A model generated the notes under the pieces. The model had not been told where the DNA came from, made no database searches, and worked only from the letters and a program-made list of their open reading frames with translations. A stretch of DNA of 64,000 nucleotides, from assembly GCA_048887225.1 (NCBI GenBank), contig JBHLJY010000005.1:1-64000 (forward strand), given 5' to 3'. Source of the DNA: Candidatus Hodarchaeota archaeon. GTDB lineage: Archaea; Asgardarchaeota; Lokiarchaeia; Sigyniarchaeales; SOKP01. Shown here in pieces: positions 62,332-64,000 of this stretch. Position 1 is the first letter of the stretch, and each line of letters opens with the position of its first letter. Both the position numbers and the translations under genes were made by a program.

Positions 62332-63261
62332 TTAACCTTTAATTACTTCAACTAGTTTTGGAAAAATTCTAGTGTAATGTACAGCCATACAATGGACACC
62401 AGCTAGTAAATTTTTCGCTTTTAGCTCAGATATGATTGGTTTAAAAAATTCATAATTTAATTGGTCGTACATACGCTTTTGTTCAGCTTTATCAGGCATA
62501 TCATTCTTAACGCTTTTCCATTTAGCAAGAATTTCTTTTGGCACGTCAACACCAGGAACAAACATATCAAATCCTTTCGCAATACCATAACTTTTCATTG
62601 GAAAGATCCCTAAAAACAGAGGAACATTATATTTTTTAATTGCTTCTAAAAATTCTATTGTCATATCAATATCGTAAACAACTTGAGTTTGTATGAATTC
62701 TGCTCCCGCTTCAGCTTTTCTTCCTATTTTTAAGATTTCTGCTTCCATTGGATCTGCGTTTGGATTAGCCGCAGCACCAACATGCATGGTAGGCGGATGT
62801 TCAATTTCATTAGCGTTAATTTTTCCAGTATCTACCATTTCTCTTACGAGCTTGACCAACGTTGCGGAATCAAGATCAAAAACAGGTTTTGTTTCGGGCA
62901 TATCCCCCATATTTGGATGGTCGCCCGTAAGAGATAATATATTACGCAAGCCTAAAGCATGAGCGCCCATAATCTGCCCAGCTAAACCTAGTTTATTACA
63001 ATCTCTAACGGTTAATTGCCATACGCATTCTAGTCCAGTTTCTCTCTGAATTATATGGGACGCTGCCATGGAATTAATTGTAACGATTCCGAGTGGACTG
63101 TCAGTCACATTAGCAGCTACTACGTATGGAGCCATTTCTTTCGCTTCTTGAATAGTGTGAGAAAGATCGCAAGTCTTTTCAGGTTCTAATTCTCCAGTTA
63201 AAACGAATTCTCCTTTAGCAATCTTCTCTCCCAGTTTTGAATATATCTTTTTCTCCGCCAT
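62332..63261 (-). CDS. metF: methylenetetrahydrofolate reductase
   Basis: NVTD, LTVRDCN, LTGDHP, VFDLDS, GAEFIQTQ. Confidence 0.9.
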   Translation of the reverse strand: MAEKKIYSKLGEKIAKGEFVLTGELEPEKTCDLSHTIQEAKEMAPYVVAANVTDSPLGIVTINSMAASHIIQRETGLECVWQLTVRDCNKLGLAGQIMGAHALGLRNILSLTGDHPNMGDMPETKPVFDLDSATLVKLVREMVDTGKINANEIEHPPTMHVGAAANPNADPMEAEILKIGRKAEAGAEFIQTQVVYDIDMTIEFLEAIKKYNVPLFLGIFPMKSYGIAKGFDMFVPGVDVPKEILAKWKSVKNDMPDKAEQKRMYDQLNYEFFKPIISELKAKNLLAGVHCMAVHYTRIFPKLVEVIKG

Positions 63262-63278
63262 TTATTAATCTACTCCAC

Positions 63279-63950
63279 CTATCTAAATAATACTTCTCTC
63301 TGATGTCCAGAATCGGTCCAGTTCCTGGGAACCCTAAGTTTACTAAATAAGTCTAACCTTCCCAATTCCTTTAATCGATTAAAAATCAAAATCCACCCAC
63401 AATCCCTTTCATAATTTCCAACTTCACATTTGCCAGCGACCATCCCTCCGCAAGGTCCATTCATTAATGCTTTAGCGCAAGTTGTTATGGGGCATATTCC
63501 TCCAGTTTCATTTAAGAGACAATCTCCACAACCTAAACAGCGCATTCGAAACCTACCGATTCTTTCCGTCATTCCCATAAATTGTGTATTATTGGTTACA
63601 AAGACTTTTTTATTTGGATGTTTTTTACTAAGTACTTGAACTATTGATTGAACCCCAAGACCGCAACTTAATGTTAGAATCGCATCTGCTTTTTTCACCG
63701 ATTCGTCAATTTTTCTTAAATCCTTCATCATAACCCTGTTATCACATACATCTTCTGAAACTACACCTTCTATAATCTCAAAACTTTCATTCTCTAATAT
63801 CTGAGTCCATTCTTTTAAGCCTTCAGTTCCACCCGTCTGACAAAGGGCAGCACATGATCCACAAGAAACAATAACGAGTTTATTAATCCCGTTTTCGTTT
63901 AACACGTTAATAACATCCTCAACCGGCTTTTTGGTTGTTATTACTACCAT
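63279..63950 (-). CDS. metV: MetV (MTHFR-associated Zn/Fe-S subunit)
   Basis: CGSCA..CQTGG, CLGCGDC, GICP...CAKALMNGPCGG...CEV...CGW. Confidence 0.88.
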   Translation of the reverse strand: MVVITTKKPVEDVINVLNENGINKLVIVSCGSCAALCQTGGTEGLKEWTQILENESFEIIEGVVSEDVCDNRVMMKDLRKIDESVKKADAILTLSCGLGVQSIVQVLSKKHPNKKVFVTNNTQFMGMTERIGRFRMRCLGCGDCLLNETGGICPITTCAKALMNGPCGGMVAGKCEVGNYERDCGWILIFNRLKELGRLDLFSKLRVPRNWTDSGHQREVLFR

Positions 63951-64000
63951 TTTATACTCAATAATTTCATTTAAATATAAAATTTATAAACCTAGAATGA

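Noticed and set aside
2014-63639. Numerous 60-170 aa ORFs antisense or out of frame within confident genes
   Set aside because: Shadow ORFs of real CDSs with no motifs

Overview
AT-rich archaeal chromosomal segment, almost certainly from an Asgard archaeon (Lokiarchaeia-like). It carries eukaryotic-signature genes: ribosomal protein eL22, a Rab-like small GTPase, a longin-roadblock fusion and a HEAT+LRR protein. It also has information-processing genes (aIF2-gamma, aIF1A, Spt5, TFS, RecJ/DHH, Hrq1-like helicase), form III RuBisCO with R15P isomerase, Wood-Ljungdahl/methyl-transfer genes (cdhD, metVF, MtaA/MtaC-like pair), DAP-lysine/leu/arg biosynthesis and an hsp20-cdc48-regulator operon. 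No CRISPR array, IS element or prophage is evident. The main hidden feature is a circularly permuted 5S rRNA gene (about 13254-13429). Its 3' half precedes its 5' half, helix I is closed by a TTCG tetraloop, and the ends form a bulge-helix-bulge-like motif whose splicing would give a 120-nt circular 5S rRNA with the canonical sequence restored. Also found: a tRNA-Pro(TGG) with a non-canonical 25/26 intron, a box C/D sRNA whose guide matches the eukaryotic SNORD25/snR56 site, several genes that appear to start at ATT, and an HhH-fused aIF2-gamma. All calls come from reading the sequence; no database searches were run.
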